From assembly GCA_036172245.1 (NCBI GenBank), contig JAYWIR010000007.1:682001-746000 (forward strand): a DNA stretch of 64,000 nt, read 5' to 3'. A program made the translations under genes and the position numbers. This document shows, piece after piece, positions 1 through 13,000 of this stretch (positions within the stretch are counted from its first letter, which is position 1; each line of letters opens with the position of its first letter). The notes beneath the pieces are model-generated. The model was not told the DNA's origin, ran no database searches, and saw only the letters and a program-made list of their open reading frames with translations. The DNA comes from Raillietiella orientalis. Lineage: Eukaryota.

Positions 1-699
1 GTACCCCCAGCGCATCGTTTGCGAACACACAAATAAGAAGACAACCACAGCCACATGAGGTCGCGTTGAATACCGACGCCATCCCTTCAAACTCTAGGTA
101 TTGTCGATGCACTCAGTCCGATTCCTACTCCACAGACCCCTCATACTCTACTGGCTTCCCTGCTCCCTGACACGAGTTTCCGACATTGTCAAGAATTTCA
201 GGATGCCGTGGTCTCACCGGTCGTCCTTTTTCACGCACCCCGTCTTGTAGCCGAATCCCCGAATCAGTGGGGAGGAAGAAGTCGGCAGTCTAAATCGCGA
301 GTCTCAAATGCGCCATCGGTAAAGTGCCGCAACTCGCCGATCGGTAGGGTGTCTCGCAGGCTCAGATAGGCTTTTAGGCTCACAGGGTGCTTAGGGGGAG
401 GGGAGGAGGCTTTACGAAGTGGCACGAGAAGCCCCACTGTGTTCCAGCTGCGTTTTGGAGTGGTCATTATTCTTCCACGGCAGCACAAGAGTTTGAGTTT
501 AAAAGTTCGAGTTCGAGTTTCAAAGAGTTTCCATGTTTGGAATGTGTGCGCTACGCAAATGTCCAGCAACAGGGAGGTGTTCCGAGAGTACATTTTATCT
601 TATCCTTTCATCGTTTTTTGTCCTCGGGTGCTACCGCTCTGGTGAGATCGAATTTTCTGAAACTTCCGCAACAACCAACGAGTTGTTCCCAGCTATATC

Positions 700-1130
700 C
701 AGTGGGTCAGGAGTGGGAAAGGAGAATGGGACTCCAGAGCACCCATTTCTCTCTGTTGAGGTTCATCCTGTATTCATCCGGACATGTTTTCCACGCAGTT
801 CTGCGTCATTCATGCGGTGAGCCTCTGGAAGCGTCCCTGTCCAGTCATTGCTTTCAATCGATGAAGGTGATTTCTGGCCTCTTCATTTTTTTCTTCAACG
901 CCATTCTTCTTCTTAACACGTCCCGATCACCGATGGCCCGTCTCCAGATCGTCTTCCCCGTCTGTAACTCCCAGATTATTTCTGCAAATCTTCATGCAGC
1001 TCAAATGATCCTTAGCCCTCTCTGAAGAAACACCACACCTATCGTCGCCTTTGCTTTGAGCTTTTTCCTGCTTCCCCAAGACAGGTCTTTCCTGCGTGAG
1101 GTTTTGTCGTGGAGATTAACAGTGTGACGT
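700..1130 (-). mobile_element. Possible decayed LINE ORF1 C-terminal fragment
   Basis: RDVLRRRMALKKKMKRPEITFID resembles the 'L-K...i-f-i-x-x-D' end of CR1/L2/jockey-type ORF1; many stops. Confidence 0.25.
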
Positions 1131-4097
1131 GTTGAGCACGTCGTTTTCCTGTGATCACTGATGCCGCAGCTGCTCTTGCGATTCACCTCGCTCCGTCGTC
1201 CTTCCTCAGAAGCAAAGCATCCAATCCTGCCCTCGGACGCAATCCTTGCTCAACCTCCTCCCCAGAGACGCAAATATGTCAGCTGTTGAGGGCTTCGTGC
1301 TTTTCTCAGAGTTTTCTGATGCGATCTCTACGAGCGTGCGCCCATCTGAGTCGCAGCAGCGGGAGCCTCACGCCTGTTGTGAGGCAACCGCTGGCTGTCG
1401 GAATTTCCGGTGCGCGCCGCGCCCAAACCGGCGCTTCGATGCCGCTTCGGGTCGCGTGGAGGCGAGTCGTGGGGTAGACCCCAATTCCGCTTTTTCTTTC
1501 TTTATTGTCTCTCTTCCTCGAATTTCTCAACCGCCCACGTTGGGACACGGCTGTCGTCCGCACCGGGAAACGGGGAAGCTGGGGCCGAAGGCGTGATGTT
1601 CCTGTGATGAGAATTCGCCATTCTTGCGCGTCATTCCAGTGCGGTTGCGCCCTGTTTCAATTTTTCTTAAATTAATTACTTCATTTTTATGGGATGTTAA
1701 AAAGCTTCATTTCAGAAACGTTCCACGGAAGGCCTTCAGTTATCTTTACGACGAAAGTGGTGCCTGAATTTCTTGAGCAACGCGCCGGGAACTGTGCAGG
1801 CGCTATAGTCAAGCATCATGGCAGCAATTACGTAGGTCATCGGACGACTGGTATAGGTTTCACGTATTCATCTTAATAAAATGGAGGTACTTGGTAAACG
1901 AGTTTTCGCACACATGCACACACGAACTATTTTGAGCGTTGGTTTCCCCACAAGATGAACGATGTGTACAGTGGATCGAAATGAAAGTGGTTCAAACGAT
2001 CACTGTATCCACATTTCGCGTCGTCGTTTTCGCTGCTGTGGAGGAATCAGAGGCATTGCCACAGCTCATGTCTTTGCACTCGGCAGTAGACCCAGCAGTG
2101 CGCGTGCGGGTTTTGTCTCAAAAGTTCAAGAAAAAGTGCGTACCCACCCTATCTGTCGTTTGCTTCGCATCATCCTCAACCGGTTTTTCTTCTTTTCTTC
2201 CTTTATTTCTCCTCACCTACCTTCTCCGTGTGCTTCAGGATTCTCGTTACTTGAAGCACCACGGCCAGGATCGACTATGCCTCAGCGGTGCTTCCACTAC
2301 CAACTGCAGCCACGCTATAAACTCGGTGTGCAGCTAGCATGTGAATCTGCTCCCTGCCTTTCCTCCTGAAGATGCAGATATCTTTGAAGATTTTTACTGA
2401 ATCCCCGCCTAGCAGCCACTATTTTTCCATCTTCAGCCCTTTCTACGGGAGCACTTTGGAACACGTTGCCTGTCTGCGTTTCGGACCGGGGGGACAGAGC
2501 TCTTTGGCTTTTTCCTCATTGCCACTTTCAGGGGTGCTCAGTGGTGGGAGAAGGCTCTACGGAGACTTGACTGATTTTAAATGGGTAGTTTCCAGCATCC
2601 GGATGTGTTCCAAAGAAGCGGTCACTCCGTTAGCTGCAAAGCAGCCAGCTCTTTTAAACTGGACACTCTCAGCTCTGTTGAGCAATCTTGTGGATGCTTT
2701 GCTGGCGTGCAGATCTCCTGCCCATCTTCAGCAGTGGACCGGCAGAGTTCTGTAGGTCTCAGCGAGTAGCTCGAGTCCTATTTTTTAGTGAATTCTGGCA
2801 AAGACGCCCTGTTCTTCCTCAGTGCCCGGGTGTGAGTGCAGAACTCAAAGCAAGCAGTAATGGTGGGTAGTGAGCAACAGTTAGTGATTCGCATCTCAGA
2901 GGGAAGTCCATGCCGCAAATGGGCTTTGAAAGTCAAGGAATCTGAGCTGTCAAGGATTGTGATCATCGATTACTTGCCACCCGATCAGGGAAGGGCATTC
3001 ATTAGACACAAAACGGACGAAAAAGCAGCACACGGTGTCCAATTCGAATGGATTTATAGGGCTGCTTGAATCTTGCTGATTAAATTGACTAACGTGATTC
3101 GGGTTGTATTCAGATTTTTGGTCCATAGGACAATGCTTAAAACGAGGGGATGTGAACGGATAATAGGGGTAATTTCCAGCATGTTCTCCTGTCGCTACAA
3201 CTCTTATCATTCTCATAAGACAGTTTCCTATCGCCGGCGGTGGTATTCTACGAGGAGTCACTGTTCGAGCACACCATCCATCTCTTATCTAATGCGCGCG
3301 CCGCTTGCTTCTTGGGAATTTTCAATCCCCTCGACGCTCCATCATTTCCCGGATTCCGAAATCCCAGGGATCGTACAACGATTGCTCGTAGGGCAGCGGG
3401 CGCTCCTTCAGAGGCGAAATGGAGAGCCAGTCCTCGGCGTTGGCTCTCCTTTTCCGTTCGTGTCTCTTACAGAACGAAAAACATTAACAGCACCCGGAAA
3501 TTCAATTCGAATGGATTTCCAGGACGACTTCAGTCTTGGACGGTTGAATTGGCCTGCAGAATTACAGAATAGCGTGGGACTACAAATAGAATCTCTTTCG
3601 AAACCATTCCAGACTTCATTTTTCAGCTACGTGCAGGAGTCACCTTTGGAATGAAGTCTCGCAACTTGAGAGCAATCTGCAGTCTCGGACTGTTCAGTCG
3701 AGCGACTCCGAAAGGGCATCCCCTCGGCAGGGAAGTGTCAACATGGAACACTGGAAATAGAGGACACCGAACGGATGTTGTTTTCCTTCTGGAGCAAGCA
3801 CTCTTGCACGCTTTGCCCCCGTGGTCATGCTTCCTCCCTAAGCTTTTGTAATCGGTGCCAGTGGTCCAGTGGTCGAGTTCGGGACGCTCACTGGGGGAGG
3901 CATCGGGGTTCTATCCTTCTCCAGGGAGCGAAACTCCAGTCGGCTCCACGCTTACACTGGAGTAGGGAGGGTTCCATGCGGTGGAGGTGCAGCAGCCTGT
4001 GTCAAGGAACCGAAGACGCACGTCTTGGTCAGTCAAACTGCACGGTCATGACCGTCCGTGTGCGTGTGAGTGGGGTCTTCCGTTAGCTCGCATGCAC

Positions 4098-4127
4098 GAA
4101 CTCGGGAGGAATGAACTCGGGAGGAAT
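4098..4127 (+). repeat. 15-bp tandem duplication (gaactcgggaggaat x2)
   Basis: Directly visible. Confidence 0.9.
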
Positions 4128-4419
4128 GCACGAGTGAACGTGGAGACGAACGTGTTGTGCGCAAGATTACTGTTTCTGGCAGGAGGCCCTGCAACTCTCT
4201 GGGACGGCGGGTCCAGCTCCGTGGGTCTGTCAGTCTCCGACGGCTGCATGTTGTAGGCACGGGCGGGCTGTGCTTTGCCAGTCGCGCACCGAGGCTTTCC
4301 AGGGCAATCCGTCGGCAGACTTTTTTTGTGTGTGTTTTTGGTTTTTGTTTTTTTGTTCGGTTCCGGAAAAAAGATATCAGGAGGAGAGGCTTCGTCCACG
4401 CGGTACCGAACGTTGTGTA

Positions 4420-4837
4420 GGGGATGATGGTGATGATTAGTGAAGATTGTCATCCCATTGTTTGTTACAGGAAGTCACGCACTGCCGGATACAAAAGTGG
4501 CCCTTTGATTTAAAGGGTCGCTACTGCTACTCGCAAGTTGCCTCTGGAACGAACAAGCGCCTGTGGCAGCCGAGCTGTCCTGCGACGATCGTATTTTCAC
4601 CACCTGAGGGGAACCTTGAAAGGAACCCGTGCTCCTTGGTTCCTGGAAGGACCCCAGACGGTCAGCTACCGATCCCGGGCAGTCGACGGGAGCATCCGGT
4701 TTCCGGCAGCTTCCATCAGTGCGTTCGCACCCACGACGCACTCATTTTTCTGGCGTCCATCCTCCACCTGGGGATTCGAACCCTCAACTCTCGGTACCAC
4801 GCGCGGAGCCGCACGGCCACTGTGGTCTAGAAATGCC
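4420..4837 (-). mobile_element. tRNA-derived SINE, copy 1
   Basis: Pol III B-box GGTTCGAATCC (4772-4782, minus strand) in a tRNA-like head. The body (gggtgcg...cactgatggaa...ggggtccttccaggaa...ggttcccctc...tgaaaat) aligns by eye with copy 2; CAT-like repeat tail near 4425-4440. Confidence 0.75.
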
Positions 4838-4949
4838 ACCTGGCGTGGCATTTCTCGCGATGAATTTCGTCCTTCGACGCGTCGTTCGTCTCGCGCCAAT
4901 ATCTGAGCGTCGAGATGCGTCGAGGGGTGGGGTGATCAGAGCAGGTGGG

Positions 4950-5830
4950 CATTGCCACCCGGTCATGCCAGGGCGTTTACTGAAAAGCATTTAACTTACA
5001 CAAATAATGGTAGGCGACTTGGTCCTACCACGTCCTCATCTCCACAAGGAAACTTCCCAGGTGCTGGTACGCAGGCCAGCGAGGCTTCTCGGGGGGAGAG
5101 AACAAGCAAAAACAAAAATGAAAGGCAAAGAAGAAAGAAAAACACTCTATGTATGTGTTTTTTATTACTTTTTTTTATTTCATTTCTGTTTTTATTTCTA
5201 TGTGTGTGGGAAAGGGAAGGGGGTGTGGGATGGGATTACATCTTGCTTGGGGACATCCGCTGCATCCTTTCTAGATGATTCCGGCAAGTTTTATCTGCAT
5301 GCTTCCCAGGTGGGACCATCTGGTTGCTATCCGCAGGACGCGAATAGCGAATTAGATGATGTCTCTTCCGTTTCGTTCTCTTGTGCGTAGCTCCTGGCCG
5401 CCATAATCCCGCGAACGCATCAAGGAGCTGCTAAGGAAGCGGCTGGCCGCAGTGCATCTCGCGCGAAGACGAGTCTGTACACGCCCTTGGGCTTGTCCGC
5501 TATGATCCACAGGGTCGTGGCAAAATGTTCCCATAGGCGTGAGAGGGCAACACAGTCCGCAAGCAGGTACGGTTCCGCTTGGTCCCCGCACCTGCGACAG
5601 TCTGGGCTTGCGCTCCCCAGTGTCCAGTGATCTCGCCTGGAGTTGAAGGGGAAGCCCCAGTGCAGCAGCAAGCAGGCCGACTCCTGCGACCTGGGAGGGG
5701 ACGCGACTGTCCGACAACACTGAAGGCCTCGTGGGGTCTTCACGAGGAATGTCCAGCATCTCACCCCAGCGGAGAAGTCCACGTGGTAGGGCACTTGGAG
5801 TTGCAGCGACAGCTAGCCAGTCTTTAGTTC
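4950..5830 (-). mobile_element. L1/Tx1-like non-LTR retrotransposon, 5'-truncated degenerate copy A (ORF2 C-terminal zinc finger plus 3' UTR)
   Basis: Translates as QESACLLLHWGFP...DCRRCGDQAEPYLLADCVALSRLW, a C-x2-C...H/Y...C zf-RVT-like motif. DNA is alignable by eye with copies B, C and D, including the T-rich 3' UTR and hairpin. Confidence 0.8.
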
Positions 5831-6479
5831 AAACCATTCATTTCTTTCTTCCTGCTCGCGATTTCGCAGGGACTCCCCAACCTCGCCAGTGGCCTGCTGA
5901 CATCCTCCTCCCTTTGGGGGAAGGAACGGGCGGCCAAGTTTTGGGCGACAGGGAGAAGGCGCGGGAAGACCCCGGATGAGCTGGCCTGGGTGCGTCAAAG
6001 TCGAGTTTTCTTAAGGAAGGGGGACGTAGGAAGCCAAGTTCCTGCAAACTGAGCTCCTATTCTTGACATGCCATCCTCTGTTGACGTAGCGACTGCTGGT
6101 TGGCCATCCTTTCGCATTCCGGACCTTCGGATTACCAGCGTGGTCATCTCGAAGGCACTTTGGTAGCAGACGCGGAATCTCTATCGGCGGCACTGATGCG
6201 GACGTGTCGAGAACGGGTGGGCACGGCCCCGCGGACGACTGTTGTGTGTTAAGAAGGCTCCACAGATTACTGGCGATGAGAGGCACGTCGGAGATAATGC
6301 ATCTGTGGATACAATCTGCACGCCCCTGAAGATTTATTGACCAATGCCTCCTTCCTTCCAGTAAAATCCCAAACGGGTGGGGGCGCAGGGGTGAGAGAGG
6401 GGGAGAAGAAACCAGCACATCGGCGTTTTGCTTCCTTCTCACGTTCGAGCACGGGAATCCTCCGTGGCTGCAGCACGCG

Positions 6480-7890
6480 GAGCATTGAATAGGGGCATTT
6501 CCATCGAGGCACCCGGATTTGGCATTATCCGGATTTGGCAGTAGCGGACGGGTCGCTGCGTAGGTCGGAAAGAGAGAGAGATGATTGGGCGGGGTAAGTT
6601 CAGGTGGCCTCTGGAAAGGGACGAGGCAGGACCAACGGCTTCCCTGCTTCCGTGTTCCCCAAGAAACGTCACAGGTCCTGCGTCCAGCCGAGGGACTCGC
6701 GTGCCCCGTGTCGAAACGGTGGCATCAGCCTCCTGAAGCTGGAGCGGATGGAGATGCAGCTGCGATGGACAACGTCGGTCATCGCAGAGAAGAATCGGAG
6801 ACCAGGGGGTATCCCCCTGGTGCGTTCCCGCACGCCTCCTCGCCAGCCACGTAGGTCTCATCTTTTGTTCCGAGACCGCAAGCTGAGAAAGCGCGGAAAC
6901 CTTGGAAGGATGGTCACCTTGGCGAAGGAGAATGGCTGGATGTCCTGCTGTCCCACCAGCTGTAGCACCTGGCTACAGGATACAGCTGGAAGTTGAACGA
7001 GCGGAGCTCGGAGAGGTGGAACTGCCTGAGATCTCGGCTGCTCGTTGCGGAAGATCCTGGAGAGCTCCAGCATGAGCGAGTGCGAGGAGCTGACCTCCCT
7101 TGCCGTAACGCCGCTCTCCCTAAGGCAGTATCCAACCGGCGAGATGAGAGGTCTCCTGCGAGAGTGCAAGCAGGAGGAAAAGGATGGCTAGACCATGGAG
7201 CAGCTGACCGACGCTGCAATCCCAAGTGTCCTTCCATGCGGACGGGCTGCTGTGTATTCACAGCGAAGATTTGAAGTGACCCCCAGAGTACGTAGACAGC
7301 AGCACCCTCCCACTGAAGTGGAAGGATTCGTCACTTCTGTTGTTGCATTGGGGTCTTCCCCTTCAACGCCCGCCGACATAACTGGACGCTGGGGAGCGTA
7401 ATCCCGGACTGTCGCCGGAGCGCAGAATGGGAATCCCTCCCGCACTGCTTGTGGACTGTGTTGCCCGGCCCCTATGCAAGCGTTTTGGTACGACCATGCA
7501 GATTCCGGTTGCCAACCCCAGGGCGTTTCGCGATTCTTCTTCATGCGGGATGCCCTACCGCGAGCCTCAGCCTTAGCAGCTCTTTGCTGTATTTGCGAAA
7601 TTGTGGTGGCCTGGAGAGAAGCCGACAGAGGAAGAAACGAGAGGGATGTCGTCCAGTGCGCAGTTCGCTTTCTGTGGATAGCGGCCAGATGAGACCTATT
7701 CGGACGGATCTAGCCGGTATCCTTGAAAGGATGCAGACTCTCCCCAGAGGATAATGATCCCCTCCCGACCTTCCAGATTGTTCGTATCTTTTTTTTCATT
7801 TTTATTTACTCTTTTTTTTTTGTCTTCTCCCATCCCCCTCCGCTGCCGAGGCGCACCTCGCCGGTCCTTACCGGCAACCCGGCAGATTCC
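6480..7890 (+). mobile_element. L1/Tx1-like non-LTR retrotransposon, degenerate copy B
   Basis: Post-RT motif PCRNGGISLLKLERME (GG-L-G-L-like) near 6710. The segment cttctgttgttgcattgggg...gtggactgtgttgccc is shared with the other copies, and the 3' UTR hairpin lies at 7847-7874. Multiple frameshifts; boundaries approximate. Confidence 0.78.
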
Positions 7891-7899
7891 TTGTTAAAT

Positions 7900-8180
7900 C
7901 GACCGTGGTTCGCCTTGATGAACCGGGGCTATATGCCCGGTTCATCAAGGTTCATCAAGGCGAACGAGCTCCATTCGATCTCGCTCATGACAGCCGCACT
8001 CCGAACTGCCTTCAACAACGGTAACAGAAGGATGCCCTCAGGAATCAAAGCTCTACAAGGCAGAGACATCGCCTCCTGGAGGAAGGAGACATCGACGGAT
8101 CGGAACTCGATGCCCTCCTCCTCCCTCATAAGAGCCTGCCACGTGGAAGTACGACTTGGTGCCTCCTTTGGAACCTGCTT
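7900..8180 (-). mobile_element. Possible degenerate AP-endonuclease N-terminus of an L1-type ORF2
   Basis: VDVSFLQEA resembles the D-[VI]-x-x-L-Q-E-T motif; a frameshifted FHVAG upstream resembles the N-V-x-G start motif. Weak. Confidence 0.4.
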
Positions 8181-8946
8181 GGATGCAGAAGAACGGACGC
8201 CTTCCCTTGAGAAGGACATCAACAAGGAGAGTGCCGTGATCCACACACAATACCCTGCATGGGGCATGCTACTGCCAACCCCTCTTCAGCTTCTGCGAGG
8301 GGATCCGGGGGCAAAAGGGGAGTCCTCCCATTGGATCTGGCCTTCTCATCCTCCGAGCTTCCTGAGAACATCAACCCTCCTTCACCACGGAGCCTCTGGA
8401 GGGCGATGAGGCTTCCATCTCGGCGGCCAGAGAAGAGTATATGCTGCAGGAGGAAGTGTCTTCTCCCCCATGCGACTTCGGTCTCCAACCTCCAGCAGGA
8501 ACTGCAGGCAGCAGTCCCTTCAGCGGCAGCGGAGGGTTGCGACGGAGGCTGCTGTGAGGCGGTGAAGATGAGGAAACCGAAATGGGAAATCGTCCCGCGA
8601 CGCAGATGCTTCCAGGAAGGTGGTTGAGGAATTGGCATGGGAGTCTTTGTTTTCGCATGCTTAGCGTGTTCGCATGTCACGAGGATGGTGTCGGAATGGG
8701 GACACAGACGGTTCCGTTTTTTTTTTTGTTCAAATCGAGCGTGGTAAGATCACTTGCCTTAGCACAATGAATGCAAGTTTTTTTTGTCTGTTTCAACAAG
8801 ATTCCCGGCGTGGGCAGGTGGCAACGAACGCCGCAGGGGCACTTGGACAGCCCACGCCTTCTCCCCGGTTCTCGAGAACACCCGCGGATCCTCTCTCGCA
8901 ATTCACGCCAAAGACCCCTCTGGAGGAGGCTGCCTGCTCTCTGCAG

Positions 8947-9065
8947 CGGTGATGGAGGTGCAGCGCATCAAGCTGGGTCCGATCGAGGAGGAGGAAGGTG
9001 GGAGGGATGCAGAACGCCCGACGCTGATCCACAGCGCCTCCGAGAGGCTGTCCCTCGCAAACTGA
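8947..9065 (+). CDS. Possible terminal coding exon of an unidentified gene (…VMEVQRIKLGPIEEEEGGRDAERPTLIHSASERLSLAN*)
   Basis: Pyrimidine-rich acceptor ctgctctctgcag|, strongly GC3-biased codons like the confirmed exons, ending in TGA. No recognisable domain, and no upstream exon identified. Confidence 0.4.
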
Positions 9066-9144
9066 CCACGCCGACCGGCTGCCTCGGACGCCACCGTCCG
9101 CATCAAGGAGGAAACTCGGGAAGACAGACAGGAGGAAGGGAAGA

Positions 9145-9168
9145 GACGACGACGACGACGACGACGAC
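9145..9168 (+). repeat. (GAC)8 microsatellite
   Basis: Directly visible. Confidence 0.95.
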
Positions 9169-9699
9169 GAGGAGAAGGAGGGGGAGGGGTTGACACCGAG
9201 ATAGTACGACGCGTGCTCCAGCCGGTCCTCCCTCCCGGAGGGAACAAAGGACTGCCGTGGATGCCGGACTCGAGAGCGCCCCTCCAGTCAAGAAGGAGCT
9301 GCCGTGTTGCATCCACATCAGCTCCTTCGGGGCAGGTGGGAACCGGTGTTGGGCCGGATTTTGTCCGCTGCAGGATCCAGAGCGTGACTCCAAATGCTGC
9401 GCGACCCCCGGATGCATCCTCGCTCGCGGCTTCTCTTCTCCCTTTGCGCGCGCACGAGCGGGAGCGAGGTCGACACCAAGGTGATTCCTCGACCCACAGA
9501 AACTGCTCCAGAAGCGTCCCGTCGGCTGCATTCCCGGAGCAGCTCCCAAGAGTTCGAAGGCGGAGTGGGCGATCCGATGTCCTTGACTGAGGTGTTTGCC
9601 TTCAGCAAACCTTCGCAACTGAGGAGAAAAAAGTGCGCTCCCTCCCTCCAGAAGGAGGAGCTCCTCCCCGTCAGAGGCCAACCGTCCCTTGAGAAGACG

Positions 9700-10060
9700 G
9701 GTGAGTCTCGAGAAAAGGTCATCCCAGAAGAGCGCCGTATAGGTTACCTTCGCTCGGCAACTCCCTCGCCTTGAAGGGCACGGCATCCTGCGACCAACGG
9801 TCAGTCGAGAGCGGCACGCCCCTCCTGCCCGCCTCCTAGCACGCAACAGAACGGGTCAGTCCTCTCGAGTGGTCCTCAAATCGCTTTCGGGAGATGCCAT
9901 CCTCCTGCTGGTAGCCAAGGATGGTGGCGCTTTCGACCGCCTTCCGGCAGGCGCTGAGCCGCTGACCTATCGGTGCCATGGCGGCCACTCGTGAGAGGGC
10001 CGCTCCTGGCATGTAGAGAATGCCGGAGCTTTCGTCCTTCATCCCTTTCCACACACCCAA
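9700..10060 (-). mobile_element. Possible degenerate L1-type reverse transcriptase C-terminal fragment
   Basis: VESATILGY resembles the 'v-k-x-L-G' RT domain 7 motif; downstream TVGRR...AKVTY resembles the 'G-R...k-l-x-Y' thumb motif. Frameshifted and weak. Confidence 0.35.
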
Positions 10061-13000
10061 CGGCCGTCAACCTTTTTAACCTTCATCAACCTTTTTTTTC
10101 CTGCGATCCATGAGGTTAGAGGGAGTGCGTATCTCCTTCAGATGGGGCTGCAGAGTCTCCTTGGGCAAGCGAGAGAATCTCTTCGAAGATTCGGGTCATG
10201 CCCTCTTCTTGCCCGAACTTCCGGGACGGGAATCCAAAGATCTTCCCGATGTCTCGCTCCTTTCCGCCCGAATGCCGCAGGCGACGCGAGACTCGATCCC
10301 CACACTCCGGATCTGCACTCCACCTCCTCCACCGCAGACCGGTCCATCTCTGGGAGCAGGGAGTGCATCCAGTTCCCGTGGGATCGAGGAAGGCTGCCAG
10401 ACGAGTCTCTGGATGCCAGCTCAAGCCTCGGGCTATCTACTGGAAGAAGGAGGGACAGCCTCGGCCGACCTGCCCCGCACCCCTCTTCCCCCTTCTCTGC
10501 GCTCCCACGCATGCTGCCGTCCTGTGCGCTGCCCAAGGGTGGTCAACGCCTGCGGGTGAGGGCTTCCAACCTCACGAGCAGGCGAGAACTCCCAAATAAG
10601 GAAGGAAGAGTCCATCTTTTTTTTCTCGCCGGCTGATACCTAGGAACCCTGCTGGGGTGGAATTGGGGAGGGTATAGAGACGGCGAGGAGGCTTTTCACC
10701 TCATTCTGGCACAAGGCATGTCCACGCTCCCGGTCCCGACTTCCGGATCACCGCTGAGGGTGGGCCTGCCCGCCGTTCCTCTCTCCCTCCGTCGGGGATT
10801 TCCCGGCTCTCCTTTCCCAGAGGCACCTGCCGGGAATGTTCGCGGAACCGTTTCTAAGGAGTGACCAGCAGCGAGGATACCCCTCCTTCCCTCTCCGCCG
10901 CGTGAGCGCGCGCGTCCCTCCGACCGGGAGGGGAACGTTCCAGAACCGGAGATCCTTCACCTGTCACCGGCAAATCCTCGTGGACGCGCGGGGGGAAAAT
11001 TACAAATCCACTCGTGAGGCGATGGCTCGCTCCAGTGAGCGCGCCCGCGCGTTCCTCCCGGCAGGAGCTGCGGAATCCTTCCGGGATTTTCGCCAGGGAC
11101 GTGACTGCGCCGCAGCGGAGGGAGGGAGGGGAAAAGGTCCTGCCGCGCGACCCGGGGGACAGGTCGGAGACGGCCGTGCGCCCTCGGGACGAGAAGAGCG
11201 ATCCTGGGGGATTCGTTTTCCTCCCTCTCTCGTCTCTCACGGCACGGTCTCCCAGGATGGGGTCGCGCGCGCGCCTTGCCGAGGCAGGCGATGGACCGGT
11301 GAGACTGCGGGGAGGCTGTTCCTTTGACACGTCTCCTTGCATCTGCCCTCCCTTTTCCCGACGAGGAGAGGGTAGGGGGGTGGAGGAAGGTCCTATTTCC
11401 TCCTTTCCTCCGCTTCCGACCTCTCGAGGATCGGCGAGCCGGGATCTCCTTAGGAAGGCTCTCGGGAAGGCGTCCCGAGGAGAGGGAAGGAAGAGGAAGA
11501 GTTCGTCTCCTCTCCGCGCCCTCCTACTCCCTCTCTTTGGGGGAGAAGCGCAAACTCCGGCACCACCTTTGTAGGGACTCCTATGCGTCCCAAGGCGGAT
11601 GCTGCTTCGAGGTGGCCGGTAGGAGGGGGACGTGGGGATGTGAGGGAGGGGCAGCATTCGCCCGGAGTTTCAGAGATAGCGACACTGCACCACGAGACGG
11701 CGTTGCGGGCCCACGATCGGATCCTAGTCGAGTTCCTCGGAGGCGATGTTACCCCGGAAGCAGTAAGGGGAGCGGCCGAGCAGCAGAAACCGGGCGCTCC
11801 AATGCCCACAGTGACTCAGATGGAGGGAAGCGAGCCGAGTCTCCGGAAGTCCAGGAAAAGGGGTGGTAGTACTCCGGAGGGAACGCGGGAGGGGTAAGAT
11901 TCCACACAAAGAAAGGAGGGTCTCGGGGGATCCTCCGGAAGGAGTTTCGGCCCTCCTCGGGCGATTGCTGGAAAGAGGAGGGGACTCGCGTCCCTGCCCC
12001 GCAAACACGGGGCGTCTCCTTCGCCCAGGGAGGGGAACAAAGGAAACTCGACAACCGTTTCCGAGACAGCGAGTGAGAGTGCGGAGGAGGAGGATGCCGC
12101 TGCCGTCCCCTGCCTCTGAGGAGACACGGATCCAGGCTGCCCGGCAACCCTGTCGGCATTCCACTCCTCCGCGCCGCGGATGGCATTCAAGGACCCTCCG
12201 CGTCGCGCGCTTATCGAAGAGAGGGGGAGGGGAATGAGGGGGGGAAGAAGGGAGGTGCGGCCTCATCCTGTGAGGCGCGTTCACGATCCCTGCGCCTCAT
12301 CCTCCCAATCTCCCCGTCTCTAATCAGCAGAAGCAAACGGGACCCCTCTTTATCTACCATGTGGGGCGGTTTCCAGCTCTCCCCCCCTTCTTAAGCGTTC
12401 TCTGGAATCGGTTCTTCCGGGAATTTCTTCTTTCTGGGAACGTGCGCAGCCGAAGAGGCGAGCTCGGGGGAGAGGGCGGAGAAGGAAGAGGAGCAGGTAG
12501 AAGTGGGAAACTCCGGAATGAGAGAAGGGTGGTTTCAGAGATGCCTTCTGTAGTGAATCCCTCGGGCGTCTCTTTCATTCCTCTCCCTCCTTCTTCTCCT
12601 GTACCCCAGATCTTCCGAAAGCGACCGTGCGACTTGGGAGGTGTCTGCCGAGGAAGGGAGATGTAGGGGCGGTGGTGAGGGTGAGAAGGCTCTTTCATCT
12701 GCTCATCCCCGCCTCCTCGCTTCCTCGACTCCGCTGTCCCTTCCCTTTTCTTCCTCTTCCCCCCTCCTTCCGGAGCAGGAAAATGGAAATTCGCTTCTCT
12801 CCCCGTTTTCTTTCTTCTTCCTGCTGTCGGGTGGTCGCGAGTGGGTGTGGGGGTGTCGGGGGAAGGTAAGGGAAAGAATCCTCTCGTCGACTCTGCATGG
12901 CAGGTTGCGCGATAGAGAGGGAGGGGGAGGGGGATAATTTGTTTAATCTCAGAGGCGGGTGCTGACGCTGACAAGGCAATCCCGTCGCTCCCGACGATTG

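Noticed and set aside
2950..3300. VVATGEHAG resembling a Helitron Pif1 helicase C-terminal segment
   Set aside because: None of the flanking NGTR, QFP or TINKSQG motifs could be found.
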